DNA of 64,000 nt from Candidatus Poribacteria bacterium (GCA_046582655.1 JAYGDX010000413.1:1-64000), one strand, 5' to 3'. Positions 1 to 10,721 are shown, numbered from the stretch's first letter. Translations and numbers: made by a program. Notes: a model not told the origin generated them from the sequence alone.

Positions 1-624
1 TTTCATGGTGATTCTCTGGGGGCTTTCAAGGACATCTTTATGGGTCAGGGCAGACCCAATGGTAGTGATGATGCCCTGCCCAACACGGGCAATGATAGTT
101 TCTTCTGTCGCACCGCCAACTAATCGATCAATGTTGGCCCGCACGGTGATGCGGGCTTTGACAATAAGTTGGATACCATCACGAGCAACCGCCGTAATTC
201 CTCTCTTATTATCACTGTCGGCAGGGACATTGATAATGGCAGGATTCACACTCATCCGGACTGCTTCTAAAACATCGCGGCCGGCTAGGTCAATTGCGGC
301 TGCACGCGCAAAGTCAAGGTCAATATTTGCCTTTTCCGCTGCTATCAGAGCTGAAACAACGTTTGCAACTTGCCCGCCCGCCAGATAATGTGCTTCCAAG
401 TTATTCAATGACAGACTTAAGCCTGCTTTTGTCGCTTCAATTTGAGGCCTGACAATCTGGCTGGGAGGAACACGGCGTAAGCGCATGGCCACCAGGTCAC
501 CGAAGATACGCACCCGTACTCCGGCAGAAATTGCGCTAATCCACAAACCAATTGGCACAAGAGTGAAAATAATCACAAAAAACAGAACAATTAAAATAGC
601 TAAAACAGTTGGGAATAACGACAT
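1..624 (-). CDS. floA: Flotillin-like protein FloA/YqfA, second copy, runs off the window start
   Basis: Absent from the ORF track. Manual minus-strand translation from ATG 624 gives [54 protein letters not shown]...LEAHYLAGG...[21 protein letters not shown], which aligns with the 652..1554 protein. RBS GAAAGGA upstream. Confidence 0.93.
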   Translation of the reverse strand, partial: MSLFPTVLAILIVLFFVIIFTLVPIGLWISAISAGVRVRIFGDLVAMRLRRVPPSQIVRPQIEATKAGLSLSLNNLEAHYLAGGQVANVVSALIAAEKANIDLDFARAAAIDLAGRDVLEAVRMSVNPAIINVPADSDNKRGITAVARDGIQLIVKARITVRANIDRLVGGATEETIIARVGQGIITTIGSALTHKDVLESPQRITMK

Positions 625-651
625 TCTGATAGTTCCTTTCAATTCGTCCTA

Positions 652-1554
652 TTAAGCGTTGAGGTTGCCTGAACGGAACGCGTTAGCAAGAGCGCGCGGT
701 ACCTTTGCTTCTGCTTCAACTACTTTTGCTCGCATCTCTTGAACTTTGGCGGTCATTTCCTGTTTACGTGCTACGGCCATTGCGCGACGCTCTTCAGCCT
801 TTGCTTTAGCAATCAGTTTATCTGCTTCCGCTTGTTCGGCTCTAAGTTCCGCACCGATATTCCGTCCAACGTTGATATCAGCAATATCAATCGATAAAAT
901 ATCGTAAGCCGTTCCGGAATCAAGGCCCCGATCAAGAACTGTTCGCGAAATGATATCAGGATTTTCAAGAACGTCTTCATAGGTTTCCGCTGATCCAATA
1001 GCACTGACGATACCTTCACCAACTCTGGCAATAATAGTTTCTTCCCCAGCACCACCTACTAAGCGCTGAATATTGGCACGGACAGTTACACGCGAAACAG
1101 CAACCAATTGCACTCCATCAATAGCAACTGCTGAGATCTCAGGTGTGGTAATGACACGCGGATTTACACTGACCTGAACGGCATCAAAGACATCACGGCC
1201 GGCTAGATCAATTGCCGTTGCTTGCTGAAAACCAAGTTCTATGCCGGCTTTATCTGCCGCGATCAGCGCGTTTACAACCCGTTCAACGTTGCCGCGCGCT
1301 AGATAATGCGCCTCTAAATCAGCAACCTTCAAACTAATCCCGGCCTTTGTCGAACTGATAAGCGCATTAACAACAACTACCGGACTAACCTTCCGCAACC
1401 GCATTCCAACTAGATCGCCAAAAATCCGTAGCCTAACGCCGGCTGCAAGCGCTGCAATCCACAATCCCACCGGTATTAACCAAATGAGGACCAGAAGAAA
1501 AACAACACCTGAAATAGCAATTACAACGATTAAAGTCGAAATAGAATCTGCCAT
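652..1554 (-). CDS. floA: Flotillin-like protein FloA/YqfA (SPFH-like)
   Basis: Family motifs [61 protein letters not shown]-terminal TM helix. Confidence 0.93.
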   Translation of the reverse strand: MADSISTLIVVIAISGVVFLLVLIWLIPVGLWIAALAAGVRLRIFGDLVGMRLRKVSPVVVVNALISSTKAGISLKVADLEAHYLARGNVERVVNALIAADKAGIELGFQQATAIDLAGRDVFDAVQVSVNPRVITTPEISAVAIDGVQLVAVSRVTVRANIQRLVGGAGEETIIARVGEGIVSAIGSAETYEDVLENPDIISRTVLDRGLDSGTAYDILSIDIADINVGRNIGAELRAEQAEADKLIAKAKAEERRAMAVARKQEMTAKVQEMRAKVVEAEAKVPRALANAFRSGNLNA

Positions 1555-1869
1555 TTAATCCTCCAATACTATGTTTTTAATCACCAAATAATAATACGAC
1601 AGATTAAATCGTATAAGGTTATCATTATTTTTAGAATTATAAATCTCATTTAAGCATTAAACCGCACAAGATTCCTGACAAACCACGCTGGATTTCTGCA
1701 CAAAAACGAGAAACGCCGAAAAAGGACTCCTAAAATAATGTAACGCTGACTAATCACAACAAATACAACTGTCAAATAAAATCAGAAAACCCTGTAACGG
1801 CAAAGACAGAAAATATCAGAAGAACTTAGAAAGCTTATCAGCAATTTCACCCTAAGTGCTTTGAAGAAG

Positions 1870-2271
1870 TTAGTTTGTCTGTCGGCGTTTTTTTTCAACC
1901 ATGATCTTTGAACCTTCAACGCCAATAACTTGAATTGACACATCGGCATCAATGAAATCGCCAACACTGACAACATCAAGCCGCTTATTGCCGACCATGG
2001 CAGCACCAGCCGGCCTAAGCACAGTAAGTGCAACACCAGTCTGACCCAGATATTCTGAATAATTCTCCTTGGCCGCAGAATGATAACCTTTGTCCGATCC
2101 TATCTCTGTACGCAAAACCAAGTGTTTCAACATGATAGTACCAAGCCCGATTATTATCAGCAAAGCACCGGACACCCCTGCAACACTGAAATCAGAAGAT
2201 CCAACGATCACCAATTCAAAAAGTAAAAGAAAAACACCGGAGGCGACTAGAAAACTTGTCAGCCACTTCAT
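1870..2271 (-). CDS. Short NfeD-like protein (TM helices plus C-terminal OB fold)
   Basis: GQTGVALTVLRPAGAAMVGNKRLDVVSVGDFID is a typical NfeD OB fold; lies upstream of floA. Confidence 0.85.
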   Translation of the reverse strand: MKWLTSFLVASGVFLLLFELVIVGSSDFSVAGVSGALLIIIGLGTIMLKHLVLRTEIGSDKGYHSAAKENYSEYLGQTGVALTVLRPAGAAMVGNKRLDVVSVGDFIDADVSIQVIGVEGSKIMVEKKRRQTN

Positions 2272-2550
2272 CCTGATTTCTTCCAGAAGCTAACCTGTGT
2301 CTTGACGATTTTCTTCAACAACAACCTTCGAACCTTCAACACCAACAATTTGAACCGACATGTCAGCATCGATGAAATCGCCAACACTAACAACATCAAG
2401 TCGTTTGTTTCCGATCATGGCAGCACCAGCCGGCCTAAGCGCAGTGAGTGCAACACCAGTCTGACCCAGATATTCTGAATAATCCTCTTTAGCTGCAGAG
2501 TGAAACCCTCTATCCGATCCTATTTCCGTTTGCAAAACAAGATGTTGCCA
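1910..2550. repeat. Direct repeat of about 220 bp (1910-2130 vs 2330-2550) encoding the two NfeD OB folds
   Basis: Long identical blocks at 420 bp offset, e.g. catggcagcaccagccggcctaagc and agtgcaacaccagtctgacccagatattctgaataat. Confidence 0.9.
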
Positions 2551-3798
2551 TGCTTGAGTGTTAGGCAGGAAATAGATAGCAGCAACCAAAAGCGCAGTCG
2601 TAATTAGTACAGAAACACCGAGAAAAAAGATGGCCTGTTCGGTTTGATATGCGTTTTCAAAAATAAAGAATACACTGTAGATAATGAGTCCGATGCCAGC
2701 GATGCCTGCCACACCAAATCCCGGAATCACAAATGCTTCTATCATCAACAGGCTGATACCCAGAACAAAAGCAAGCAAAGCATATTGAGCTTCAACTTGA
2801 CTCAGCATATGACCACCGAAGAAAAGACCAAGGCATACCACACCAACCAATCCGGGCAGTCCAAAACCCGGGGATCGAATTTCAATAAAGAGCCCAAGCA
2901 TACCCAACGAAAGCAGTAGAGAACTGACAATCGGATTTGTGAAAAAGATTACAATCTTATCAGCAAAAGATGGAGCAACTCTTTTAATCTCTGCATCAGC
3001 TAACGATGTTACTGTGACTTTCTCCCCTTCCAATTCGTCTCGTATTAACATGATAGCTTTCTGCGTTAAAACCATTAATTCACCATTAACTTCAACGATC
3101 GAATACAGCTTCAGAATCTCTTCACGATCCTCGGCAATTGCCTCTGCCAGATTATATTCAAGTGATTGTTCAGCTGTTAGTGTTAACAGTTCTCCTTCGG
3201 CTGCAATAACTTCCATTTGCTTTTCTCTTTCCCGTTCTTTTTCGTATTCATCTGGACGTAGCGTGACGATATCACCATTTTCATACTTAACGAGTACAAG
3301 TTTTTTGTCTACCATGGCAGCTGCCAGATCGGGATTCCGTCCTTGGCGTTCGGCAGTCGCGCTAATTTTACCCCGGACGTAGGAAACGGCTTTTTCCCCA
3401 ATCTCTTGACCTTGAATTGAAACCGGCGCGGCATCACCAATTGTTCCTCCGCTCCGGATAACAATTTGATCGCATGCCAAGGATATCATCGCGCCAGCAG
3501 AAATCGCTTCGGTATTGACAAAGGCAATGGTAGGTATTTCCGACCGTTGAATAACATCGATAATGTCCCGTGCGGCGTTTAGAGCGCCGCCAGGCGTATG
3601 TACGTCGAAGATAATGGCATTGGCTTGATTGAGTTCAGCCTGTTTGATCCCTTTTTCAATGTAAACACGTAAGCCGTTCCCAATTTCATTACGAATGTCA
3701 ATCTGGTAAACAAGCATATCATCGGCAAAAGCAGCAAATACTATAAGTGACAAGAAAATCTGGGTAAGAATCAAGACTGGATAAGGCTTCCATTTCAT
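2290..3798 (-). CDS. nfeD: Long NfeD membrane-bound serine protease (ClpP-like domain, TM domain, OB fold)
   Basis: HTPGG, AISAGA (Ser), GEKAVS (Lys), LAAAMVD, LLTLTAEQ, EIRSPGFG and a C-terminal OB fold. ATG 3798 has a GAGG RBS. Confidence 0.92.
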   Translation of the reverse strand: MKWKPYPVLILTQIFLSLIVFAAFADDMLVYQIDIRNEIGNGLRVYIEKGIKQAELNQANAIIFDVHTPGGALNAARDIIDVIQRSEIPTIAFVNTEAISAGAMISLACDQIVIRSGGTIGDAAPVSIQGQEIGEKAVSYVRGKISATAERQGRNPDLAAAMVDKKLVLVKYENGDIVTLRPDEYEKEREREKQMEVIAAEGELLTLTAEQSLEYNLAEAIAEDREEILKLYSIVEVNGELMVLTQKAIMLIRDELEGEKVTVTSLADAEIKRVAPSFADKIVIFFTNPIVSSLLLSLGMLGLFIEIRSPGFGLPGLVGVVCLGLFFGGHMLSQVEAQYALLAFVLGISLLMIEAFVIPGFGVAGIAGIGLIIYSVFFIFENAYQTEQAIFFLGVSVLITTALLVAAIYFLPNTQAWQHLVLQTEIGSDRGFHSAAKEDYSEYLGQTGVALTALRPAGAAMIGNKRLDVVSVGDFIDADMSVQIVGVEGSKVVVEENRQDTG

Positions 3799-3861
3799 GA
3801 CCACTACCTCTTGGAGATCACAGGAATTATGAAGGTATTATATCGTTGGACTAAATTACTG

Positions 3862-4452
3862 TCAAGCATTTCGGGATGCCAACTCCTCACTAATCCAAGC
3901 ATGCAAAATGTGATTCAGAATCAAGTGAACGTCCTCAACCGGACCGTACTGATCACTTTCCACAATCACACTCAAATCACTAATCTCACCCATCTTTCCT
4001 CCACCAATACCGGTCCAAGCAATTACATGGCAACCAACGGCCTTGGCATACTGCATTGCCCGAACCACATTTCCCGAGTTCCCGCTTACACTAATACCTA
4101 TTATCAGATCCCCTGGATTTACCAGGTTTTTGAGTTGTTCCACGAAGATATCATCATACGAGGTATCGTTCGACCATGCCGTCATAGTCGCTACATTATC
4201 GGTTAAACTGATTGCCCGAAATCGCTTTCGTGCAGGAACACTCCCTCCTCCAGGAACGCTGATGGTTCCTTTGCCCAGATCACATCCGATGTGGGAAGCG
4301 GTTGAAGCACTGCCACCGTTGCCAATAGCGAAAATCTGCTTGTCGTTTTCGTAAGCTGACATCACCATGTCAATAACCTCACGCACATCCCTAAGTGAAA
4401 GCAGATCTAAAACATTTTGCAGATGCGAAAGGTACTTTTGGATTCGTTCCAT
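3862..4452 (-). CDS. gmhA: SIS-domain phosphoheptose isomerase-like protein
   Basis: IGNGGSASTASH, TAWSNDTSYDDIFVEQL, GISVSGNS, VEDVHL. ATG 4452 has an AAGGA RBS. Confidence 0.85.
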   Translation of the reverse strand: MERIQKYLSHLQNVLDLLSLRDVREVIDMVMSAYENDKQIFAIGNGGSASTASHIGCDLGKGTISVPGGGSVPARKRFRAISLTDNVATMTAWSNDTSYDDIFVEQLKNLVNPGDLIIGISVSGNSGNVVRAMQYAKAVGCHVIAWTGIGGGKMGEISDLSVIVESDQYGPVEDVHLILNHILHAWISEELASRNA

Positions 4453-4485
4453 AATAATGTCCTTCAATTTTTCTAAATGTATGAC

Positions 4486-5451
4486 TTAAACGACGAGTGA
4501 AATAGCCGCTAAATCGCCAATTTGTTGTCCAAGCTGAGCGGGCATAATTTTCACAATTTCCCCCGGACGCTGCATCGACATTTCCAGAACTGTTCGGCGG
4601 ATTGGATCAAGTAGCAAATCGCCAGCTGCAACTGCTATCGTGCCGATTAAGACGATGTCGGGATTGATAATATTCACCAGATTGGCGATCCCCCAGCCCA
4701 TATAGAAGCTAATCTCATGGATTAAATCAAGTGCCAATGGATCCGCTGATTTTGCCGCTTCCAGTACTTCTTCAGATCGAATAGCCTCGATATTATCATC
4801 AACTAGATCCAATATTTTGGTGTGGGGGTTTTTACGTACTTTCTCTTGGGCGCGTTGTGCGATTGCCGGTCCGGAACAGATTGCTTCAAGACACCCTCGG
4901 TTTCCGCACCCACAAACAGGTCCATTGGGAATCAACACCTGATGCCCTACTTCCCCAGCACAATCAGATGCTCCGTGAAGAATACGGCCATCAACAACAA
5001 TTCCCGCACCGATTCCGGTGCTCATGGTCATAAAGACAACATGATTATAACCACGTCCAGCACCGAAACGCCATTCAGCAAGCGCACCTGCATTAGCGTC
5101 GTTTTCAATTACCGGTCGAATCTTAAATTCGGACTCCACAATATCAGCTAGAGGAATAGCATCCCAATCAGGTAAATTCGGAGGAGAGTAAACGACACCC
5201 GTTTTGGTATCAAGAGGTCCTCCGCAGCTAATACCGATTGCCGATATCTGATCACGAGTGAACTGTTCCAGATGGAGCAACTGATCAATCATATCGACTA
5301 TCAGTTTTATGGCGTGTTCAAATCCTCTATGAGATTCAGTTGGTTGGCGCACTTTATTCAGGATTTGGCCATTGGCATCCGCGACAACAGTTGCCAGTTT
5401 GGTTCCACCAATATCAACTCCAACCAGACACAAGCTCAATCTTTGTCCCAT
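4486..5451 (-). CDS. ROK family sugar kinase (glucokinase-like)
   Basis: GVDIGGTK, ENDANAGALAE, STGIGAG, GEVGH and the CGCGNRGCLE zinc motif. Confidence 0.93.
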   Translation of the reverse strand: MGQRLSLCLVGVDIGGTKLATVVADANGQILNKVRQPTESHRGFEHAIKLIVDMIDQLLHLEQFTRDQISAIGISCGGPLDTKTGVVYSPPNLPDWDAIPLADIVESEFKIRPVIENDANAGALAEWRFGAGRGYNHVVFMTMSTGIGAGIVVDGRILHGASDCAGEVGHQVLIPNGPVCGCGNRGCLEAICSGPAIAQRAQEKVRKNPHTKILDLVDDNIEAIRSEEVLEAAKSADPLALDLIHEISFYMGWGIANLVNIINPDIVLIGTIAVAAGDLLLDPIRRTVLEMSMQRPGEIVKIMPAQLGQQIGDLAAISLVV

Positions 5452-5461
5452 GAAATTTGAT

Positions 5462-8143
5462 TCAATAAGAAATAATAATATGCGGATTCAGTGGGTAACG
5501 TCCAGCACGCAATCCATAGATTGTCAACCCGCCCGGATTTTCTGCTTCTGGATCGACTTCATAACTGACAGTGAGCTTATTACTTGATAAACTATTTTTG
5601 AGATGATTCAGCAACTTACCACCAACTTTAATCTCGGTGAGAAAACCGTATTTACCTGGAATTCCGTTAATATACGATAGTGCGCCGCGTGTGTCGGCCG
5701 GCGAACTCGGTAGCGTGATCGCTTTCAGCTCAATGCCGTTGATCGATATCCTGAGATCTGATGGATGCTTTTCCCAATCAGTTTGGGGTGCCCCTTCGAC
5801 GTACGACGAGGCCTCAAATATAACCTCAAGGTGATTAATCGATTCTGGTTTTATGCTGTCCGGCAAGTCAACTGTGTACTCCAACTTACCACTTCCTGCG
5901 AATTCCGCTACTGGTGAATCTCCAATATCCAAGCGTATAATAGCAGTATTTTCACTGGGATATTCAATAAATAGCGGTTCTTTAAAAATTTCGACATTGA
6001 TAAAGTTTCTGGCAACGATAGATTGATTTTGATCCGTAACCCAAACATGAAGCGTTCCAATAACCGGTTGATTTGGCAAGCTAATTGACAATTGATGCAC
6101 CTTTTCGACCTTGTATTGCGCGAATGGAACCGGTACACTTCCACTAACCAAATTCATCAGATCAGAACCGAGTTGATCAATGCCATCCAACCGCCAACCC
6201 AATGTTGCTTGTTCAATTTTCTTATCAGAAAAATGACTCGAGTAAATGTCTGCTTCCAACTGACCGCCAGGTGCGAAACTCAAACCTGGATGATGATCAA
6301 TCGCAATAAAATCAAGTGTATTAATCATAGTATAATCGTAGCCAAATTCCTTGACTGTCCGATCATAGTTCATGAATCCATTGTGTTCCCACTCTATATC
6401 TTGAAGTTCGGTATAAATATAACCACAAATTTTCTGATGTAGCCGAAGCTCATTGGTCAGATATTTAAAACACCATGAAATATCTTTATCACCAGCTCCC
6501 GCACTAATTCCACCATATTCACTGTTCATCATTGGCGCATTTGTCTGCTCATTGTCGCCAGTGTAATTAAATTCCGAACCAGGATAGGTTTCCTTAACCA
6601 CATTTGCAATATGCTCACGTGCTTTCTGATAGTCATTGATATAGAAATGCCAAGAATTGATATCAGTTTCAACGTGATCATATAGACAGGGTGAGTTATC
6701 TTCCACCAAGCGGGTTGAATCCAATCGCTTGGTAAGATGATACATTTCCCGAACCCACTCCTGCCGATCCGGCATCTGTTTATAATCGTTACCGCCAAGT
6801 CCCCACGTTTCGTTAAAGTTGCACCAAGCAATGATTGAAGGATGGTTAAAGTCACGGTCAACAGTCCCACGAAGGGTCTGTTCCCAACGCTGTCTTCCTA
6901 TATCGCTATATCCATCATATCCAAGGTTCGGTATGTCACACATAAATAGCATGCCAAGCCGATCTGCCCAATAATAGAGCCGTGGTTCATCGATCTTGAT
7001 ATGCAGGCGTAAAAAATTAAAGCCGAATTCTTTTGCACGCGTGATGTCAGTCCGAATTTGATCATCATCCAAAAATGTGTAGACCCCTTCAGTGCTGAAA
7101 GATTGGTTTAAGGCACCCAGCAAATATATAGGTCGGTTGTTCAAATAGATATACTCATAATCAGTCCCTGGTAACACTTGGCGTGAAATTTTTCGCATGC
7201 CAAAATAAGTTGACACATGATCAATCACATCATTATCCTTGATCAATTGAATATCAAGATCATAGAGATACGGACTATCCACATCCCAGAGCTGAAGTTT
7301 GGATTTTTGGATTTCTATCATGCACTCCGCGTGATCACCGGACATTTTAATATCCGCTTTCTCTAGCGAGGCATCTGTGTCAAGGCGCAGGCTAAGATCA
7401 TTAAGATCTGTACCACCAATTTGGATATCAACTTTTGCTTCAGCAGCATCGATATCCGGATAGATCCTGAAACTTTCGATGTAGGTTTCTGATCGCGGCT
7501 CCAGATAAACGGTCTGCCAAATTCCGCTCGTTCGTGTGTACCATCCATATTGCTTACCAACTGGTTGTTGAGAGTGATCTTGCGGATCGAATACGCGTAC
7601 CGCAACGCAAGAGGATTCACCATCAACCAAACTCTCGGTAATGTCAAATTCAAACGGTAGATACCCATTTTGGTGTTCACCAACGAACGTGCCATTTACC
7701 CAAACCATAGTGTACCAATCGGAGGCTCCAAATTTCAGAATGACACGCTGTCCATGCCAATGATCAGGAATTGATACTTGACGGCGATACCATCCAATCG
7801 TATGTCTAGGTTGATCACGATAATTACCGCCTCTTTCCAGACCACTGCAAGTTACGTTATCCGGATTCAAGTAGGCTTTCGTGCTGAGATAGTTTGCGCT
7901 TGTTGCTTGATCGGATTGGTTCCATGCAGCAAGACTTTCCCAAGGATAAGGAACACGTATCTGATCTACGCACCCTTCGAACTCAGGAAGATACCAACAC
8001 TCCTGTTTCCCTATGTCATCGGGATCAAAAACGAACTCCCATGTACCGTTTAGATTAACCCAATCAATACCCTGACTGGTTCCACGCTGAAAATCAGGAC
8101 GCGGATATTCTGACCTCGGTATGCCCAAGAGAGAATCTGACAT
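5462..8143 (-). CDS. Glycoside hydrolase family 2
   Basis: EYPRPDF, LNGTWEF, SGIWQTVYLE, YFGMRKI, LRLHIK, RDFNHPSIIAWCNFNETWG, SEYGG. Confidence 0.92.
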   Translation of the reverse strand: MSDSLLGIPRSEYPRPDFQRGTSQGIDWVNLNGTWEFVFDPDDIGKQECWYLPEFEGCVDQIRVPYPWESLAAWNQSDQATSANYLSTKAYLNPDNVTCSGLERGGNYRDQPRHTIGWYRRQVSIPDHWHGQRVILKFGASDWYTMVWVNGTFVGEHQNGYLPFEFDITESLVDGESSCVAVRVFDPQDHSQQPVGKQYGWYTRTSGIWQTVYLEPRSETYIESFRIYPDIDAAEAKVDIQIGGTDLNDLSLRLDTDASLEKADIKMSGDHAECMIEIQKSKLQLWDVDSPYLYDLDIQLIKDNDVIDHVSTYFGMRKISRQVLPGTDYEYIYLNNRPIYLLGALNQSFSTEGVYTFLDDDQIRTDITRAKEFGFNFLRLHIKIDEPRLYYWADRLGMLFMCDIPNLGYDGYSDIGRQRWEQTLRGTVDRDFNHPSIIAWCNFNETWGLGGNDYKQMPDRQEWVREMYHLTKRLDSTRLVEDNSPCLYDHVETDINSWHFYINDYQKAREHIANVVKETYPGSEFNYTGDNEQTNAPMMNSEYGGISAGAGDKDISWCFKYLTNELRLHQKICGYIYTELQDIEWEHNGFMNYDRTVKEFGYDYTMINTLDFIAIDHHPGLSFAPGGQLEADIYSSHFSDKKIEQATLGWRLDGIDQLGSDLMNLVSGSVPVPFAQYKVEKVHQLSISLPNQPVIGTLHVWVTDQNQSIVARNFINVEIFKEPLFIEYPSENTAIIRLDIGDSPVAEFAGSGKLEYTVDLPDSIKPESINHLEVIFEASSYVEGAPQTDWEKHPSDLRISINGIELKAITLPSSPADTRGALSYINGIPGKYGFLTEIKVGGKLLNHLKNSLSSNKLTVSYEVDPEAENPGGLTIYGLRAGRYPLNPHIIISY

Positions 8144-8187
8144 AACAACTCCTCAATTTGTTACGACTAATATCATTAGACTATGCT

Positions 8188-9156
8188 CTAACCAGTGTTA
8201 GCGACGTAAACAGCCACATCTAAACCATGATCATTATCTCGTTGGACATCCTTACAATGAAAGCCAAATTTTCTAAGCAATTCCACTTTCCCCTCTGAAG
8301 TTGTCTCGACATAACATCGAATTTCCGAAGATGGCATCTCCAGAGAGTCCAACAGCATTTCCGACTGAGTCCAAAAAAGCGGATGGGCAAAAATATCCAA
8401 TAATATCGTATCTTCATCTTGTTTTAATGTAGCCATAGCTACGACAGCACCAGAGGTGGTCTGCAGAAGCTTCGCCGCACGATAATTGGTTCCGTTTTCG
8501 AGTTCCTGCTTAAAATGCAGAAATCCACCTTCAAAGTTGGATGGCCCATATATTCCAAGAGCAATATTACGAATCTGGTCACCATTCGTAATTCCAGTAA
8601 GCGCTGTGATTTTCGCCCAATCATGCCATTCAATATCATCTTTGACATGAACATCTACATCCGCAAAATAGTTAACATCGAAATCCTCCATAGCGAAGTA
8701 ATACATGAAACCCGATTCATCATATACACTATCAAAGCCGAAACTTTTGTAGATATGATATGGGTGCGAATCATATCCAGTCCCAAGATATAGAGCCTTT
8801 CCATCCCGACTCCGAAAATCATCCATCTGGTATTTCATGATAGCTTTGCAGGCACCTTTTCGACGCTGATCTGGAAGGGTAAATACATGACCCAGTGTTC
8901 CAATGCCATCATATTCGGTAATCATGATATTTGAGATAATATGACCGTCAATCCTGCCAACATAGAATCGAGTTTCCAGTAGACCCAGAACTTCATAGAC
9001 ACACAAATCAATATGCCTCCTGTACGTTTCTGGTTTGTGGCCTAGAAATTTTTTCACCTCATCAGCGTATTCAGCATCTGGGGCGAGTACAACACCAACC
9101 TCCATTGATTGGCCAGTTTTTAGTTTGACATTCGCGAATTTCTCGTACATTTTCAC
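8188..9156 (-). CDS. GNAT family N-acetyltransferase
   Basis: Acetyl-CoA motif VFTLPDQRRKGAC and IYKSFGF; a degenerate second GNAT-like half (LLRKFGF). Confidence 0.8.
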   Translation of the reverse strand: MKMYEKFANVKLKTGQSMEVGVVLAPDAEYADEVKKFLGHKPETYRRHIDLCVYEVLGLLETRFYVGRIDGHIISNIMITEYDGIGTLGHVFTLPDQRRKGACKAIMKYQMDDFRSRDGKALYLGTGYDSHPYHIYKSFGFDSVYDESGFMYYFAMEDFDVNYFADVDVHVKDDIEWHDWAKITALTGITNGDQIRNIALGIYGPSNFEGGFLHFKQELENGTNYRAAKLLQTTSGAVVAMATLKQDEDTILLDIFAHPLFWTQSEMLLDSLEMPSSEIRCYVETTSEGKVELLRKFGFHCKDVQRDNDHGLDVAVYVANTG

Positions 9157-10125
9157 TTACCTAATTTGTTCAATCAACTTAAAAAGATGGTCATCAACCT
9201 GAAACACAGTTTCTTTATCTCTGGTTTTGGCGTAAACGTTATTGTCCTTTGTTTGGCGCAATATCAAAACAGCTGGATCAATTTCCTTTGTATGAAATCT
9301 GATACGAATTTCAGTTTCAGGAAAGCCTTTAAAGACCTGTACTACCGTCCCCTTCAATGCATCGGCAAAAAAAAGTAAATCGTCAACCATCTGCTGATCG
9401 GCAATCGACTCACCCGGCTCTATTATCTGCCAAACTCCATCGGGTTGCTTTCGCAGCATTATTTTTAAATCCGTCGACAAAATATCAATCTGTGTTGTTT
9501 CAGCACGCTGAAAATCAAAGACTCTTTTTCTGTTGTCTTTCAACCGAGATTTGTTACGATCCGTTAAGTCACGCAAGTCATTCGGTGATTTTGCGTAATC
9601 CTCGATGATACTGGATTCAATCAGCATAATTGTCGAATCCAATTGCTCTTTAGCATAGATAGAATAGTTTACCGTTTTTTTGCCAATTAGAAAAGTCTTA
9701 GTTGATCCATCCTGTGTTAACAAGGATATTTTAACAGTTGGATCATCAAGTCCATACTCAAAAAGACTTGCAACTTCTATTCGGCGTTTAATACGCTTTT
9801 CCAGTAGATCTGAGAGAAGTTGATTAACTTTTTGTATGTCGGCATCAGTAATGATAGGATTGGTTAATCGCCAATTATTTTTATTGGATCTCACTAAAGT
9901 ATAGGATTGGTGAACCAATTTTTGGGAGGCTTCTTGATCAAAGTATTTTGGATGAGAGAAGGTTACCTGAATTTTTTGAATTAGCTGTCTGTTAAGGCCG
10001 TAAAACTGACCAATTTTTTCGACGACATTCTGATCCTCTTCTTGATTATCCTTCGGGATAAAAAAATATAATACAACCAGAAATAAAAAAATAGTGACGA
10101 TAATTAGAGTGGTTCTAAAACTCAT
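9157..10125 (-). CDS. DUF4340-like membrane-anchored protein
   Basis: Start taken at MSFRTTLII (TM anchor). WRLTNPIITDAD, EYGLDDP and DLRD are typical of the family. The longer ORF start overlaps the divergent gene. Confidence 0.75.
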   Translation of the reverse strand: MSFRTTLIIVTIFLFLVVLYFFIPKDNQEEDQNVVEKIGQFYGLNRQLIQKIQVTFSHPKYFDQEASQKLVHQSYTLVRSNKNNWRLTNPIITDADIQKVNQLLSDLLEKRIKRRIEVASLFEYGLDDPTVKISLLTQDGSTKTFLIGKKTVNYSIYAKEQLDSTIMLIESSIIEDYAKSPNDLRDLTDRNKSRLKDNRKRVFDFQRAETTQIDILSTDLKIMLRKQPDGVWQIIEPGESIADQQMVDDLLFFADALKGTVVQVFKGFPETEIRIRFHTKEIDPAVLILRQTKDNNVYAKTRDKETVFQVDDHLFKLIEQIR

Positions 10126-10212
10126 ACTACCGTTCCAGAATTGGCATTTTACAATAGGTATTGGGATATGGTATACTGATTCGCGATTTGATGACCAACA
10201 GGGTTTGAGCGT

Positions 10213-10680
10213 ATGAGCGAAAATGAATCTAAGCAAAAAGAAATGATACAGGCATATGATAGCTTAAATCAACAACTTACTGACTCTATCAAGGAAAAGA
10301 AAAGAAAAGATGGGATAATAGATCAGCTCACTAGAAACTTTCCAGAGATTGATCCTGTTGATCTAGAACAGTACGTCGATCATAATTTGGCTGGACAATT
10401 AAAAATAGATAGGATTAACAGTAGTCGGCAGATTTTCCGGGGAATCTTTTGGGTCATAATTGGAATTGCAATTTTCAGCTTGGTCTACTCTTCACCCCTA
10501 ACAGATCACGAAATTGTCCGTCAGTTGTTGGGACACCAGATCAAGTTATCGACCTTGGACGGCACATCAGAAAGTCCAACATCCACTATTTCCTTCCCGC
10601 TTGTTTTAATCGCCGCCGCTATTGCTTGGGGAATTGTCAGCCTCACACACGGAATTTACCTGTATCTACGTCGGTTTTGA
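10213..10680 (+). CDS. Hypothetical membrane protein (two TM helices)
   Basis: 155 aa ORF with a charged N-terminus and two hydrophobic segments. Confidence 0.6.
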   Translation: MSENESKQKEMIQAYDSLNQQLTDSIKEKKRKDGIIDQLTRNFPEIDPVDLEQYVDHNLAGQLKIDRINSSRQIFRGIFWVIIGIAIFSLVYSSPLTDHEIVRQLLGHQIKLSTLDGTSESPTSTISFPLVLIAAAIAWGIVSLTHGIYLYLRRF

Positions 10681-10721
10681 CAAACATCTATAAAATGAAT
10701 CACTCACACCATAACAGTACT

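Noticed and set aside
5..388. 127 aa plus-strand ORF and similar antisense ORFs (e.g. 2939-3382, 17439-18596, 36645-37838, 52901-53332)
   Set aside because: They are shadows of well-supported opposite-strand genes.
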